Source: Spongospora subterranea f. sp. subterranea | Lineage: Eukaryota | Direction of reading: 5' to 3' | Length of the DNA stretch: 64,000 nt | Assembly (NCBI GenBank): GCA_049724395.1 | Contig: JAUGWO010000128.1 | Coordinates: forward strand, 248,001 to 312,000 | Notes under the pieces: model-generated | What the model was told of the DNA's origin: nothing | Database searches by the model: none | The model's input: only the letters and a program-made list of their open reading frames with translations | Made by a program: the position numbers and the translations under genes | Shown: positions 26,176 through 40,200 of the stretch, one piece after another | How positions within the stretch are numbered: position 1 is the stretch's first letter | How the letters are laid out: the number at the start of each line of letters is the position of its first letter

Positions 26176-28210
26176 ATGCAGAGACAGGGAGGGAATGAAA
26201 TGGCGCATCTGGCCTATGATGAATATGGCAGACCGTTCCTGGTACGTACCTGAAAATTATTCGCAGTGTTAGCCAGCTCAAAAACCTGCTGCTATCAGAT
26301 CCTTCGTGAACAGCAACGCCAGCAACGCAAACACGGTCTCGAAGCTCACAAATCCAATATACTTGCAGCTCGAGCAATTACCAATATAATGAGAACCAGT
26401 TTGGGCCCAAAAGGTATGGATAAGATGCTGGTGAGCAGTGATGGAGACGTCACCGTTACTAATGATGGAGCAACGATTTTGGACAAGATGGAAGTCAGTA
26501 TATTATCATCAGTTTCGTGGAATCGTAGTAAATTCGTTTGTGGTTGCGGTCGTACCTAGGTGCAGCATCAAATTGCGAAGCTTCTTGTCGATCTAAGCAA
26601 ATCTCAGGATGACGAGATTGGAGACGGAACTACTGGTGTTGTCGTTCTTGCTGGTTCGTCTAAGTTCTGGTTTCCCACTCGTTCTCTGTTTTGTTGACGA
26701 TATGGTTCTTTCAAGGATCGCTATTGGCCGAGGCTGAAAAACTTCTAGATAAAGGAGTGCACCCGATTCGCATTGCGAAGGGATTCGAAATCGCTGCCGC
26801 CATGGCTGTGAAGCATCTTGAATCTATTTGTGACGTTATTCAATTTGATGCTAAAAATATTGAACCCCTCGTCCAGACCGCATCTACGACGTATGCCCAT
26901 TCATCACTTTGCGTCTTGTTTCCACTGATTGTACGGTATTAGCCTTGGATCAAAGATTATCAACCGTTATCAGCGTCAAATGGCCGAAATTGCAGTACGC
27001 GCTGTTGTTTCTGTCGCTGATTTTGATCGTCAAGATGTCAATTTTGATTTGATCAAAGTCGAGGGCAAGGTTGGTGGAAAACTGGAGGATACAATGCTGG
27101 TTGAAGGTATTGTCCTTGATAAGGTTAGTTCTGAAGTTCCACGTTAAACCGTCATATTTCTAATTGAGGTTTTAGGATATGTCGCATCCTCAGATGCCCA
27201 AGCATTTGACCGATGTCAAGATTGCACTGCTAACTTGCCCTTTTCGAGCCTCCAAAACCCAAGACTGGTCATAAACTTGACATAAAAAATGTCGATGACT
27301 ACAACAAGCTGTTCGAGCTTGAGCAGCAGTACTTTGTAAATATGGTTGAACAGTGTAAATCCAGTGGGGCGTCTATTGTATTGTGCCAATGGGGATTTGA
27401 TGATGAAGCAAACCATCTGCTTCTCCAGCGTGAGATGCCTGCTGTTCGTTGGGTTGGTGGTGTTGAACTTGAACTTATCGCAATCGCGACCAATGGTAGT
27501 TGATTTTCCCAATGCTTCGTCATTATCTGAAATGGTTTAGGTCGAATCATTCCGAGATTTGAGGAGCTTTCACCTGAAAAGCTCGGGTTCGCCAAAACGA
27601 TTCGTGAAGTGTCGTTTGGGACTCAACATGACCGTATGCTGTTGATTGAAGGTTGTCCCAATTCGCATGCCGTTACCGTACGTTTGTGTATCTGGTTCAA
27701 CATTTTGTTTTTTAATGCATTTTTTAGGTACTGGTGCGCGGTGGTAACCAGATGATTGTAGATGAAGCGAAGCGATCTTTGCATGATGCCATGTGTGTTA
27801 CGCGAAATTTGATCAAGAACAACAAAATCGTTTATGGCGGCGGCTCCTGTGAAATTTCCTGTGCATTACATATTGCTGACTCGGCCGAGCGCCAAGAAGG
27901 CGTAGAGCAATATGCTGTCCGAGCATTTGCGGATGCTCTTGAGAATACGCCTTTGGCATTAGCAGAAAACAGTGGTCTGTCCGCCATTGAGACTCTGGCC
28001 GAAGCCAAGGCTGCACAGATAAAGACCGGCAATCATTTCATTGGTGTCGACTGTATGCGGGCCTCAACATCAGACATGAAAGAGCAATGCGTTTTTGAGT
28101 CGCTGATCGGCAAACAGCAACAGATCCAGTTGGCCACCCAAGTTGTCAAGATGATCTTGAAGATTGATGACGTCATTTCACCATCGGAAGATATCACACA
28201 AGGATATTGA
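26176..28210 (+). CDS. CCT5: T-complex protein 1 subunit epsilon (8 exons; one unexplained +1 frame break at 27241-27244)
   Basis: [102 protein letters not shown] and [13 protein letters not shown] are epsilon-specific CCT motifs. Seven GT-AG introns. Confidence 0.97.
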
Positions 28211-28336
28211 ATGTTGAATTATTAAATGCACTTTCATTTTCATTATAAGTCTTTATGTTCTAAACCGTATATTGATCTGTAATATCTCATCTTGCACAGC
28301 AACCTTCTATCCTATTTTCGGAGTATCTTAAACGAT

Positions 28337-29328
28337 TTACCTGGGAGGCGTTTTCTTCTCTTTGATATGCTTGTCTCCAGTGATAGTCAAATTTAATTCT
28401 TTGGCCAATGCCGCAATTTGCTTGTCTAGGTCATTTATCTGTGATTCATGCTCATTTTTTTCTTGATCGCTGGGATTTTGTTGTAATTGAGCAAACAAGT
28501 TCTGTTGCCGTTGATAATTGTCAATCTTCACCCTCATCATCATCACCTTTTTCTGTAATTGTAAGCACTCAACCGATTTCTGCTGATGGTTTTTTTCCAA
28601 ATCGGTTATCTGTGTAAAACGCAATCTGAGTTTATGGACCCAGGAAATCCATCCTTCTCGGACAGACCTTGTCGCTTAACCTGATCATGGTTGCACTATG
28701 CTCGCTCTGCATTGTCTCCAACTTCTGCTGGAATTTGGCTGATGAGATTTCGGCTTCGTATGCACATTCCTTTTTGGCAAGTTCAAGTCGCGAGTTCAAC
28801 CTCACGTTTTCTCCATACAACCGACGAATTTCTGACTCGGCTTCAAATAAATTCTGAGTAATGGTGTCGGTATGTACAGTTACCCTTCGGTTCTATTCCA
28901 ATTTAAGTTTCTCGGCCATGACCACGCTTACTGTTCTGCACCTTTTCATCGTCATCATTGAGGTGAATACAATGGCGTCTCGTCAGCTCTTGGATTTTCG
29001 TATTCAACGACTCAATTTGGAGTTGGGCTTTGGTCCGCCCTTTTTCAGAATGTTCCCAGGCAGATAGCGCAGCGAATTTCGCACGCTCACTATCCTCTGT
29101 GGAAATTTCGATGATCTTCCTCAGCTTCTTGATAATTGTGTCAGCGGTGCATATCTCACATTCGATGTTGAACGCCTGACATATCCGAACCAGATCATTG
29201 TTGATTGTCAATGCTTCTTGTGCATGGCTTGAGCATCCGACCGGTTCGTATTTATTTACGTCAACAATGCTCTGACTGCTCATATTACCTGTCTGGATCT
29301 CCCCAGACATTCCAGTTGGCAAACTCAT
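28337..29328 (-). CDS. Hypothetical coiled-coil protein (about 3 exons)
   Basis: Three co-oriented ORF segments rich in E/K/Q/L heptads, joinable through GT-AG introns near 28894-28941 and 28620-28667. No family recognised. Confidence 0.6.
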
Positions 29329-29421
29329 CTCTTTCGGGGAATGAATCCTAAGAGTATTCGATTAAGAGTACTGATATGTATTGTATTTAGAAATATCTCA
29401 TTATGATTCCAGTTAGTGGAT

Positions 29422-30072
29422 TCAAGAATATTGAAGATTGCCACCGAGGAAGGTGGTCATGATAACGATTGACTCAAGAATCGCGGGGATCATGCTGGAT
29501 CAATCATGAGTCAGCAGACAACATATTGATAAAGATCGCTTGTATGTTTCGAATACCTGCAACACACTACTAGATACCAGAATGATTTATAATGCCATGA
29601 ATCGAGGATAAACCAGGAAAGTAATACAGTTCCTAAAAGATGCAAACAAGATACTGAAAAGAATCAGCAACAGCCACAAGTCCATTACTATCACGTACAG
29701 AAACCGTTTTGAGCATTTTTCATGATTGACACGCCACTGAATAACGCAATGTATTCGATGATGAAACAAGCAATACATATCCAGATAGCCGCATCAAACC
29801 TAAACGATTTACGGATCCGGTCAATCAACAGCAACGGGAATAAAGCACCATTCAGAACCGACTCTGATTCAACCTGTCGATACTGATCAATGGTAAAGGT
29901 CAACGATAATCCTGCTCGTAAATTATTCCCCTGTACACCCACTGTTGAGCAGAGGCGACCAAATCGGGTCAGCTCATCCGTCAACCTTTGAGTTGAACAG
30001 CATTGTCACCACCATAAAATGCAGCGTCGTCAACAGGAACCTGCTGGGCAGTAATGTCGTTTCTATTCCCAT
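29422..30072 (-). CDS. TMEM107: Transmembrane protein 107 (ciliary transition zone, MKS module)
   Basis: Spliced N-terminus MGIETTLLPSRFLLTTLHFMVVTMLFNSK-GNNLRAGLSLTFTIDQY...AAIWICIACFIIEYIALFSGVSIM...IPAILE resembles recalled TMEM107 (LVPSRFLTLLAH...NIQACLPLTFTPEEY...LSGVSMF...LPAVTE). Confidence 0.85.
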
Positions 30073-30345
30073 GTTCCGCTTTACAAGAAGTGGCGAGTTT
30101 CAGCACAAGTGGTGCAATATACTGTAACTGGACTACCCACTACAGATTCGACGAGTTTTTGGGGCCAAATATTGCAACAAACAAGGAAAAGTTCGCCAGT
30201 GAACAAACCGTGGGATCGGTGCAAGTTCGAGATTGTTGCATCAGTTTAATCATCACTGCACGAATTCCAGTGGCAAATTTGTTAACTACGATGCAGCTTT
30301 GCGTTGGAGCTGAGGCTGATTCTCGAAAAGTTGTATGCTAATGAT

Positions 30346-32232
30346 TCATAGAGAATAATTACGGTGCCCATGAGTAAGAGCAGCTTCAGAGTCGTTGAGT
30401 GCAGCATCATATTCGCCAAGAGCGGTATATACCACAGATCGCTTGTGATATAGATCGCATAGCGCATCTGAGTTTGTGACAGCAGAATTGGGCCCGGTTG
30501 CTTCCAGTTCTTTGATGGCTTGAGTCATCGACGTCAACGCTTGCCGAGAAGAACTCTCTGTCGATGCGGCCGTAGCCAAAGCAGCATCCGCCTGCTCCAA
30601 AGCTTTAGCAACAAAATGATCGGTGATGGGAACTCGTGGGGGAAGACACGGTTTGTCTTCAAAACTACCCATACGAAGTCTTTGCGGCTTTATCGCGGAT
30701 TCGACACCACCTCTCTTGGATGAACTTTCGGGAGTTTTCTTAAGAGAAGATATTGAATGGCGACGCGATACGACAGGGGAAGGGGTAGTGATTGATTTAG
30801 TGCCCAGTGCCGGTGACGCTGTTCTGGATGGTGAAAACAATAAAGAATTCTCCTTGTCCGACTGGATGAGGCTGTTGATCGTCTGCAGAAATGGAGTATT
30901 ATCCACAAGAAACGGGTGGCCTTGATCCCGCTCCCATGTTTGAATGGCGGTACAAAGCTTTTCCTGGAGACGAGGCAAAATTTTACTTTCTAACCGCCGA
31001 ACATCTTCTTCTTTCTTCAACATTTTGAAGGCCTGTCGACCATGAAAACGATTTGGATCGTTAGCATACGCCTTAGCTTCAAGTTGACCTTGAATCATCT
31101 CAGAACGCGAGGTCTCCCATTTTCCCACAAGTTGTAGAAGGCAGCGGGATTTCTCCAGTTGAACCATAAGATCGGCTTCTTCTTTCTCTAAAATTTTGAT
31201 CGTCTCAGTAGTTATTTTTCCTAACTCTCTTGGTTGGCTTCCAACTGACGGCAGCATCCGGAGTTCAATCTGTAAATTCGCAATCCTTTCAAGAGCGTTT
31301 TTGGCAAGAATCGGTAAGCTTTCTTCATATATCTTGCTCAGATTTTCTAATTCCTTTTTATACATGCGAAGATCTGTTGCTAACGTGCCGCGAAGAAGCT
31401 GCTTAAAACGTAATATATGATCCTGGTCCGATTTCAAAAGCGCCCATAGGTCAGCAACATGTTTTCCGACTTCATTTAATTCGCGCCGGTTCAACTCCAT
31501 TGCATCTTGTAGACTTCTAAGATACGCTTCGCACTTCCCTAGTGAATCAGTTGTGATTGAAAACGTGTCAAGACGTGATTGATCTAACTGGACCGTCAGT
31601 TCATCGATCCCGACAATCAACTTGCCAAGTTTAGCCTCCCTTAACGACTTCTCTTGATTAGCTTGCTCAAGTGCAGCCTCGACATAGGCCAATCTTCCAG
31701 ATGATAAGTCCACGTCCCCAACAGTAGAAAATTCTTCGGGAATCTCCATTCCCAGCTCACAATATACGTTTTGAATCTGTTGTAGATTGTGGCCAATAAC
31801 GTCCGACATTGCTTTGCATTTTTCCGCAACTTGAGATTCTTCTGATTTCGATAGGTGAAGCACCTGCAATAGGCCTAAGTTGGAGCTAGTTTGTGCCACT
31901 TCCTTCCTGGGGATGCCTAGGACATCATACGCCACTGTGATACGGTTGTTGACCGCATTAATTTCTTCACAAATATCGTTAACTCGTCTCTTCTCGTTTT
32001 CCACATATTTCTATAATCGCAACAGAGAAAGATTGAGTATCGGCTCGATAAACAGTTTGATAGCAGCAGTTCCAGGAGCTGCTTCTCAAGGACTTACAAG
32101 TACGAATGCTGCCAAATCGGACCGGATTGATATCAACGACTGGTTGCGATCATTTATATCGACACCTAATTGATCCCATAATGCATTAAGCATATTGGTC
32201 ACCTCATCTGGAACTTCTAGGGATACCGTCAT
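30346..32232 (-). CDS. MAP65/Ase1/PRC1 family microtubule cross-linker with a C-terminal TPR-like segment
   Basis: N-terminal LNALWDQLG, long coiled coil, and family core DPNRFHGR...MLKKEEDVRR...ILPRLQEKLCTAIQTWERDQGHPFLVD. One intron at about 32011-32103. The exact 3' end is uncertain. Confidence 0.85.
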
Positions 32233-32559
32233 TCAATTCCGGCTAACGTCTCTCCCGCGGTTAAATCTCAACAACTGTGTTGGCGGGAACGATTTCGAAT
32301 CAGGCGAGCATGTAAGATATGTCAGAGCCTATGAGTTGTGAGAGAGGGAACAAAGGGAACTCCCCAAGACCGGAGCGGGGTAGAGCAGCACTGACGAGAG
32401 GCCGAGCCCCATGCATCTAAACGATGACAGTTGGGCACGGCATGATCATGACACATGGACAGTGAACCGTGACGGGAATCAGGATACACTCCATGACGTC
32501 ACAATGTCATGGCATCACCGCTAATTCACTTGTATTCATAATATAATACCCACAATTTT

Positions 32560-35500
32560 CTACAGAATCTCCATTGTTATATCTTCTGTCATATTAACGG
32601 TTGAGGGCGTCTCGTTTGTCGCCTTCATATAGTCGGATTTCTTGGTATTCCCTTTTTTCTTCTTGATCGAGAATTGGACCTCATGCGTTCGCTTTTGCCT
32701 GATTAACGCGGCAGACCTTCTGACAGCGTTGGGAAGCTTTTGCATTGACTTATTGGCCAGAATATCTCGGTCTTTGATTAAGCATTCAGAGCTCAGGCAT
32801 TTGGGAGTCGAAGTGCCAAACGCCGCAGCAAAGACAACCCACATGTGAATCCTAAAACGGTGGCATAAAAACGCAAAAGGGCCAGTTAACAAATTCCAGA
32901 TAGAATCAACAACAGGGCGAGCGGAGACTGTTTCATATGATTCGAAAGGAGAGCTGGAGTCCAGGACCACGTGAGACCATGTCGACGCCCAGGCTTCAGC
33001 CATCCGCAGTCGAATACTGGGGGATCGTTGCTTTGAGAGCGCGTTCGCAATAAGTATTGCCATTGAGGGGCGGTAAACCGCGACCTCAGCCGCTGCAGCA
33101 ACCGCAGCGACTTGCACAGACGGTGAATGGGGATCTTCGGTGAACGCCAAAAGATCAAAGTCTGATCCAGGAATTTCATGTTGAGCGGTAGGTTGCTCTG
33201 GGGGCACCGTATCGATTGGATCTAATTCCATTCCTAATCGCATTGAAGAATCCTCAGGCCTAGACACCGGGAGATTGCGTCTTGTAAGTTGCCACTTGAA
33301 CCCTGGCTATGGCTAGTAAACATGCACAGGTCACCACGCGCCTGTATGACGGAAACAGCTGCTCATTATCAAGAAAACGGATGATCTCATTATGGATTCG
33401 CTCTTGATATGACTGGTTTCTAGTACTCAATTCTGAAAGTGAGTTCAACAAAGACGAAATATAATATCCGTCGACGTAGTAATTTTGAGAACTGTCGTTA
33501 TACTTGAGAAGGTCGATTACAATGTCCATAGCGGACTGATGAGATAGCGGAAATGCTCCAGAGCCGGAAACTTTGACAGAAGTTAACGCATGAACAACCC
33601 CTCGAACAACAAGATGTTCAGAGAAATCACTGAAATCACTAGGCTCAACAAGTTGGCGATCAGGTGCACTATAAAGGCGGGATTTCAAGAAATCTACTAA
33701 AACCGAGAGTTGTCTATCGCTTCCCGAAAGCTTGCGTGGCCTGCAACACAAAGCTAATTGCTGGGCAGCAACGACCCGGACTTGATAGAAGTAATCAGGA
33801 TTTTCTAAGCAATACTTGAGAGCGTTGAATGCCATTAATGTCTGCATGGGGTCTTTCTCTTTTCCCCTCTGAGCGCTAATAACGCCCTATAACAAACGCA
33901 AGGTTAGTTACCCCTAACCTTTTGAAAGACGACCTTAATACTCTTAGCAATGCCCTGCCTAAACAAATAGCACCTTCAATTTGGGCGATAACATCAGGAG
34001 AATGGCGCAATTCTAAATCGGCCCATAGAGGCAGCTGATCAAGCGTGAGGCCTCGAATCCAGGCAATCTTTGGATCAACACGAACCCAACGGACTAAAAC
34101 CGCAGATTACATTGGATCATCGAAGCGGCATCGATTTGATATACCTGGAGTGTCGTTCTTCAGCTTTTTCCCAATTCGATCATCCGGACCCATTTCTCCT
34201 GATGACCCATCATCCCCATCAAGCACCTCCTCCTCACTAAATAAATTATAGACTACACCACAGCAAAAGGTTAACAGTTTGGTTACCCATTGGAAAGGTC
34301 ATCATCGTCTCCAATTTCTTCGCCGGTCTCTGTACTGAATCGTTTCCTATTTTTCCTTACTTTAGAATGACAAGAGAACACGAATGATTCCACTTGTGTA
34401 TCCATGCGGCTTTCATGTTCATAAACCTGTTGATCCGTTTCATAAACATATACCTACCAACAAAATTTACTGCGACATTATTTTGTGAATAAGCTAATAA
34501 TTACTTTCAATATTCCATGCATGACAACCCCAGACTGTTCAATCTTGACCTTGCAAGCACTCTTCTTACGTTCGAACTGTGCATCGACTTTGAGGATAGG
34601 ACATCGAACACCATTGATCCAGCGATCGCAGAAGTCATCAAGATTCAGGGCTGAACGATGGCGGCAAAGTTTCAGCAGACGCTTTGTGCTAATACCACGA
34701 GCGCTGCCACCAGTCGATGGTTTATCGGAGACGACGGCAAGAGGGGTGCCTAGATTACAATTGAGTGTAAATACAAGCTTGCGCCTGTGACACCGACCCT
34801 GATTTACGCTGGGAATGCTTGTCGTTGCAGCTTGGCCTGCATCCGTAGTAGATGACAGCTCATCATCATCGGATATCAACTGTCGTATAACGTCCCGAAA
34901 TGGGGTCTCCCCAATAAGATCAGCTAACATATGCATGACAATAGTTGACTTCGTCCGGAAATGCGTTGAATGAATATCAGAAGGTGCACCTGATCCAGCA
35001 GCCACAATTAGCATTGAAAAAAACGTCATCAATATGACATGCTTACCATATGACTCAGCAGAAATCGGTAATGTCCATGGGAGAGACGACAGCTTCACAA
35101 CCAAATCGGTTGCCATCTGACGCTGCAGCCGACGCTCATTTCGACCAAACGCCCGTTCAATATACATCGCAACCAGGTATCCGACAAGCCCCTTTTATGG
35201 CATGACAAAAATGCAAAAAAAATACTTGTCCATGTACTACCTCTATTATCCAATGATCGGCAAGAGTCCTTGTATGAACAGTGTGAGTTATCCAAGAGCG
35301 TGCAATTCCTAAGCACCGAAAATCATCATTATGCAGGAAAACAATGGAACACGATTGATAACCTTCCGCAATAGTGCGTCTTGCTACCCAGGTTTGGTCA
35401 ATAACTGCATCGGAATGAATCAAATCCGCCGAAATAAACGTAAGGTTTGAAAACGACTGCACATCTGAGGCAGTACGGCCAAGTAATACTTGCGTGTATG

Positions 35501-36709
35501 TGGAAAAAGGATACGGTTGCCCAAGAAAGTCACTAAATAGTGAAAAAATTTCATTAGTACAGGTGACCTGAAAATAAGGTCAACAACCGGAATAGATTCG
35601 CCTAAGTTAGCAGTAGTTTACAGTATGCATGAAATCATCTCTCTGAGCAAAACCGCTTGACATACAATGATGGATAGATAAAGTTCCATTGAGCGCCGTA
35701 TCGTCAACGGTTTCAAACTCCCCTACTGAAAACGTCATATTTCTTGCAAGTATAGGGTCGTCAACTTCGAAGAAGAATGTATGCTTGGTTTGAGTCTCGT
35801 TGGCAGGAGAAACCTTCACAAGCCGACCAGGACAAAATGCACGATATGTAGAAGGAACCGTTATATCAATATCGAAAGAATATCGCTCCCACTGCGTTTA
35901 AAAAACCGTCAAACTTGCTGACTTATCAATTATGAACTGATACATGAGAATTACGACAAGGAAACCAAGAGGACGAGTTGGAAAATTCAGTGATGGCAAA
36001 GCCAGCCCATGCCGATCGAGCAACGCGTTCGTCAGGTTGGGTAAACTCAATTGCACCTGACGGATTTTCGATGATATATCGAATAACAACTAGAATCGGA
36101 GAATTCAATGTATCAGCAGGTAATTCTGCGGCATCCAGGCTGAAAGGCTCCTTCGTTGACACCTGTGAACAACAATTGGATGAAGGCCGAGTGGTGATCA
36201 AAGCCGATAACGACCTTTTCTGGAATGTTAATGCAGAGTTCGCCTTGGTCAAACCAATCTAAATAAGTATTGAAAGCAGCATCGTACGCGTCAAGACTAC
36301 GAAAGTCGCTCAGTTTGGGAGGATCAGCAAGAAATTCAGTTTCGGGAAATGTTCTTTGATCGGGCAAGGAATTATTCTGTCATCGAACGTTAGAAAATAA
36401 CGCAGGATGATCGAGAGGTGCGATAACTTCGGAGTCAAAGCGCCGGTGATGAAACTCTGTCTCCACTCCATCGACCATGATTTTTTGAATATTGACTTGC
36501 GGTGAACAATTAAGATATAGGCGGCCATGCTGGGTTGGAACGTTGGGCTGATTCTTTCGAGTTTTGGGATCGCCGACCGGTGCGGTATTGTGAGCCGTCA
36601 CCGCCAATATCGTGACGGCCGTGATCGACCGTTGTGACAGGTCGATATCGAATGACAACCGCTGATAAAGGACCTCCCAATCACATACGGAACCCAAAAC
36701 ACAGCTCAT
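32560..36709 (-). CDS. TAF2: Transcription initiation factor TFIID subunit 2 (aminopeptidase-like fold)
   Basis: SWFPC, YPFSTYTQV, VRWVRVDP, DVIAQIE, YFYQVRVVAAQQLA, FSDFSEHLVVRG, LLKYNDSSQNYYVDGYYISSLL and PSYRRVVTCACL. Many short GT-AG introns, most checked for phase. Confidence 0.9.
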
Positions 36710-36852
36710 TCGAGCCGAACTTTGTGAACGCAACCCGATACTCAACCACTACGAGATCCAGAAACTCCGCCAAAGAAGGGCACAATTCACGGTAGATGAT
36801 GGTGAGTTTCTGTGATCCTGGTTCAGGTTTCAAACAGAACTTGCAGTGCAGT

Positions 36853-37104
36853 TTATGAGAGATTGTCTGGGATACTTTTCATCGCAGAACTGGACGGACC
36901 GATGACGTCGTTTTTCTCGGCACTTTGAAGCAGGTGAACGGCAACGAACGTGATGGGATCAGCAGGGCGTAAATCGTTGAGAAGCATGAGAATCGGGAGC
37001 AGAATTGGAGCGATCTCCTTTCTGAGATACTGGCTAGCAGCCAACTTGCTCAACGAAGATATCTGAGTTTCTTGTGCTGTTCCCTGCACATTTCCTTCAG
37101 CCAT
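36853..37104 (-). CDS. Small Dpy-30 motif protein
   Basis: SQYLRKEIAPILLPILMLLNDLRPADPITFVAVHLLQ matches the Dpy-30 dimerisation motif (YL..TVVPILL.GL..LA.ERP.DPIEFLA.YLL). Confidence 0.75.
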   Translation of the reverse strand: MAEGNVQGTAQETQISSLSKLAASQYLRKEIAPILLPILMLLNDLRPADPITFVAVHLLQSAEKNDVIGPSSSAMKSIPDNLS

Positions 37105-37242
37105 TGAATCCTGTTCCCCGATATCAGCTATATGGTAGAGTTATCGTCACCGTCATGGATCCTCTTACCATCACCTCCTAGTCTCCCCGATTGCTGTGGA
37201 TAATGTCCCAATCCTCACATTGATAGTCACACAACACTGTAT

Positions 37243-40200
37243 TTACACTACTCTTTCATTCCTTTTTATATATTTAACAATGCCCTGTGTTCCACCGCAC
37301 ACAATATTACAGTGATCCGTTAACGATATACACGTGATACCAAAGACTCCTGATAAATTGCTCCCAGCTGCGGATGAATGCTGATTATAAAACCGTTGTT
37401 TTGGAAATATACAACCGCAATTCTGCAGCAATGAACCTAATGTCGGGTCCCATAGCTTGAGGAAGCCGTCAGTGCCTCCTGAAAGAAGCTGATCGTTTTC
37501 TGCATCATAGCAAAGGCACGAGATCTTCCCCTGGTGGGCAGCGTTGATATGCACTATAGGATGCTTCGAATCACGTCCTCGCAAGTCGAAAATATCAATG
37601 AATCCAGATGCGCTTGCAGTAACTAGATGATGTCTGTCGGGGATATACGCTAGAGAAGTGATGCCACGTCGCGTGTGATGTGTGCCCCACAATGAAACTA
37701 CCAGAGACCTATCAGGAGATGATAGCAGATCCCAGACACCGATATCGGATAACGTCTTATTTCCAGATGTACCGCCTGTAGCAAGCCTAAAAATGGGAAA
37801 TGTGGGATTTAGATTTTAAAATTTGGTGGCGATGGTGATGAAATACGTACTTTGTGGGACTATCAAGAAACTGCGAAGTCCATGTTCGCCCATGCGCTTC
37901 TACAGAAAACATGGGAGTTGTAGCTTCGGGCCGGAACGAATAAACAGAACATATTCCGTTAGACGATGTTACCGCAAGCTTGGAACCATGACTTGGTTCA
38001 TCAAATTTTACAGAGGTGAAGTTCTCCATGTGCGATAAAGTATATACCCATAGGGGTTTAGGCCTTTCAAAATGCCATATATATACTTCTTGACGATGGT
38101 TTCCTGCCGCATCTAAGAAATGCTTAGAATAAATGTGGGAATTTCAAATTGAGCATTTTACATAAAGGCAACTTGGGATGTGAGCACATGCAAGCGAATG
38201 ACATTTCAGTATCTGAAGCCAGAGTTCCCTTTGGCAGAAAAAGTTAGAACATTTTAATACAGCAGCACACTAAGCTATTCGCGTACCTTGGCAAAATCTT
38301 TCTTTGTCAAAAATGAGCGATAGGTTGAGTCGCTGGCTATCAAGCGTTGCATTATTGGGGTAGCAGTCGGAAAAGCCATCGGAGAAGACGGTAATGCTGC
38401 TGCCAAATATGCTCGGTAAGTTGGCACAGAATAAATATAACTATGAGCTATTCAGCAAAGAATCAGGTTTGGGCAGCATTAACATATTACCTGGCAAGCG
38501 CAAAATCGGAACTCCCTTCTTCATTATCGAAGCGATGCTGACATCCTTCCTGCGCATGCATACATCAAAACATTAATCTCCTGGTGGTACTATGCTGAGA
38601 GCTAACCCAACTGGAAAGTTCGTCATCAACAAGAGCTTGTGATCCAACAGTCCGAGTCCTGAAGCGCAACGCAGATTCAAGGTTGGCTTCACGGATACAC
38701 TTTTTCACAGCAATAGCCGCATGCAATGGATTGACTTTGCTTAACGCCAGCGACACAACCAAATCGGACGGGATCCGAAACACCTTTCGAAATTACCAGT
38801 AATTATAAACATTGGAATTCGTTTTTCGTCATACAACGTACTTCCACAGGATCAAATAAGAAGCTCCGCAAAGCTTCTTCGCAACATGAATTTATGTCAT
38901 CAGCTATACACGAAGATATACGTTGAGCGCCACACCAAACGAACAGCTGTTGATATTCTTCACAAAAAACGCCTCCAACAAAAGAGAATAAGCCATTTTT
39001 CACTCAAAAGAAAATTTGAAGGAACGGAATACCAGGGACTCGTAAAGGAGATAGGGTTGCCGCCAGGCTAATCCCAGAACGTGCAAGGTCTATGCAATGA
39101 GTGATAGCTTGCTGAACGGCGACGATAAGTGTCTATAGACGCAGTTACAGATCAACAAAACAAGGGAGCATGATTACGTACCGTGGCAAATGAAGAAAGT
39201 AACCGCGATAACGCTGAATAGAGACGGTATATGGGTGGAAAATCCCGATGATCTAAGGGTGGGAGAGATTTGCTTGAAAAAAGCTCAATGTATCGTGATA
39301 CGCCCAGGCATTGCATAAGGATGTCAACAACTGCAACAATTTCTTTATCAGTGGAAGTCGTGAAAGGCAAAACAACAGGAGGATGGGACAGAACGGGCGG
39401 GATGAGAGATGTCGCCAATGTGGAACATTTTCTTTTAAGTCCAATAATGTTGACAATAATATCGGATTGCCCACGAAGAACGGCTAGCAGCTGCGAAGGG
39501 GAATGTCTTGCGATAAGAAAACATGTCGTCCACAAAATGGCTTCACCGAGAAAACTCTTGGAACATTCCATTGAGAGCACGATATGACAAACCGAGAAAA
39601 GTTTTGATTTGTGAATATAGCCAGCTGACAGTTCGTTTCTAGAAATAAGACCAGTGATGACACGGATAGCATCATGAAGAAGAGACGCATTTGGCGAGAA
39701 CAACCGATAGGAATACAGAAATGTTCGCAATGAGCAAAATATAGGGTCAGGGACGACGAAAAATCGCTGAGAAAGCTCCTGGACATCGTCGCTAACAGAG
39801 CACGATCCAGAGGCAGCCTGTACACAAACAGCGGATTGCAACACCCGCTGCCTGAGGGGGTATTCGCAGAAAATGCTGTACGACTCTATTAACCGGAGAG
39901 CAAGAAGAGGCCAACCTCGTTGGGCGTAAGCAGAGATTGCATCAGCAAATAATGGCGAGTCCTTTGCGACTTCGTGGACAGTGAGAACAAAATTCAAAAC
40001 GTCGGGACGGAAAGTTCGCGCGTTTGTGTCGGTTTCTACGATGCGCTGGAACGCTTCAGATTGCATTCCAATATTCCACAAAGCTATATGTTGAAGCCAC
40101 TGATCGTGCATTTCACAAGCTCTAGCTAACTCCTAAATGCAATTTAAATACAGCACGTCTAAGTGTATAGGGCTCACAGATTTGTAAATGTCTGTGATCA

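Noticed and set aside
33215..33300. Apparent frame break between two TAF2 ORFs
   Set aside because: A phase-1 GT-AG intron (CCC G/GTGTCT...AATTAG/AT CCA, 46 nt) joins the frames.
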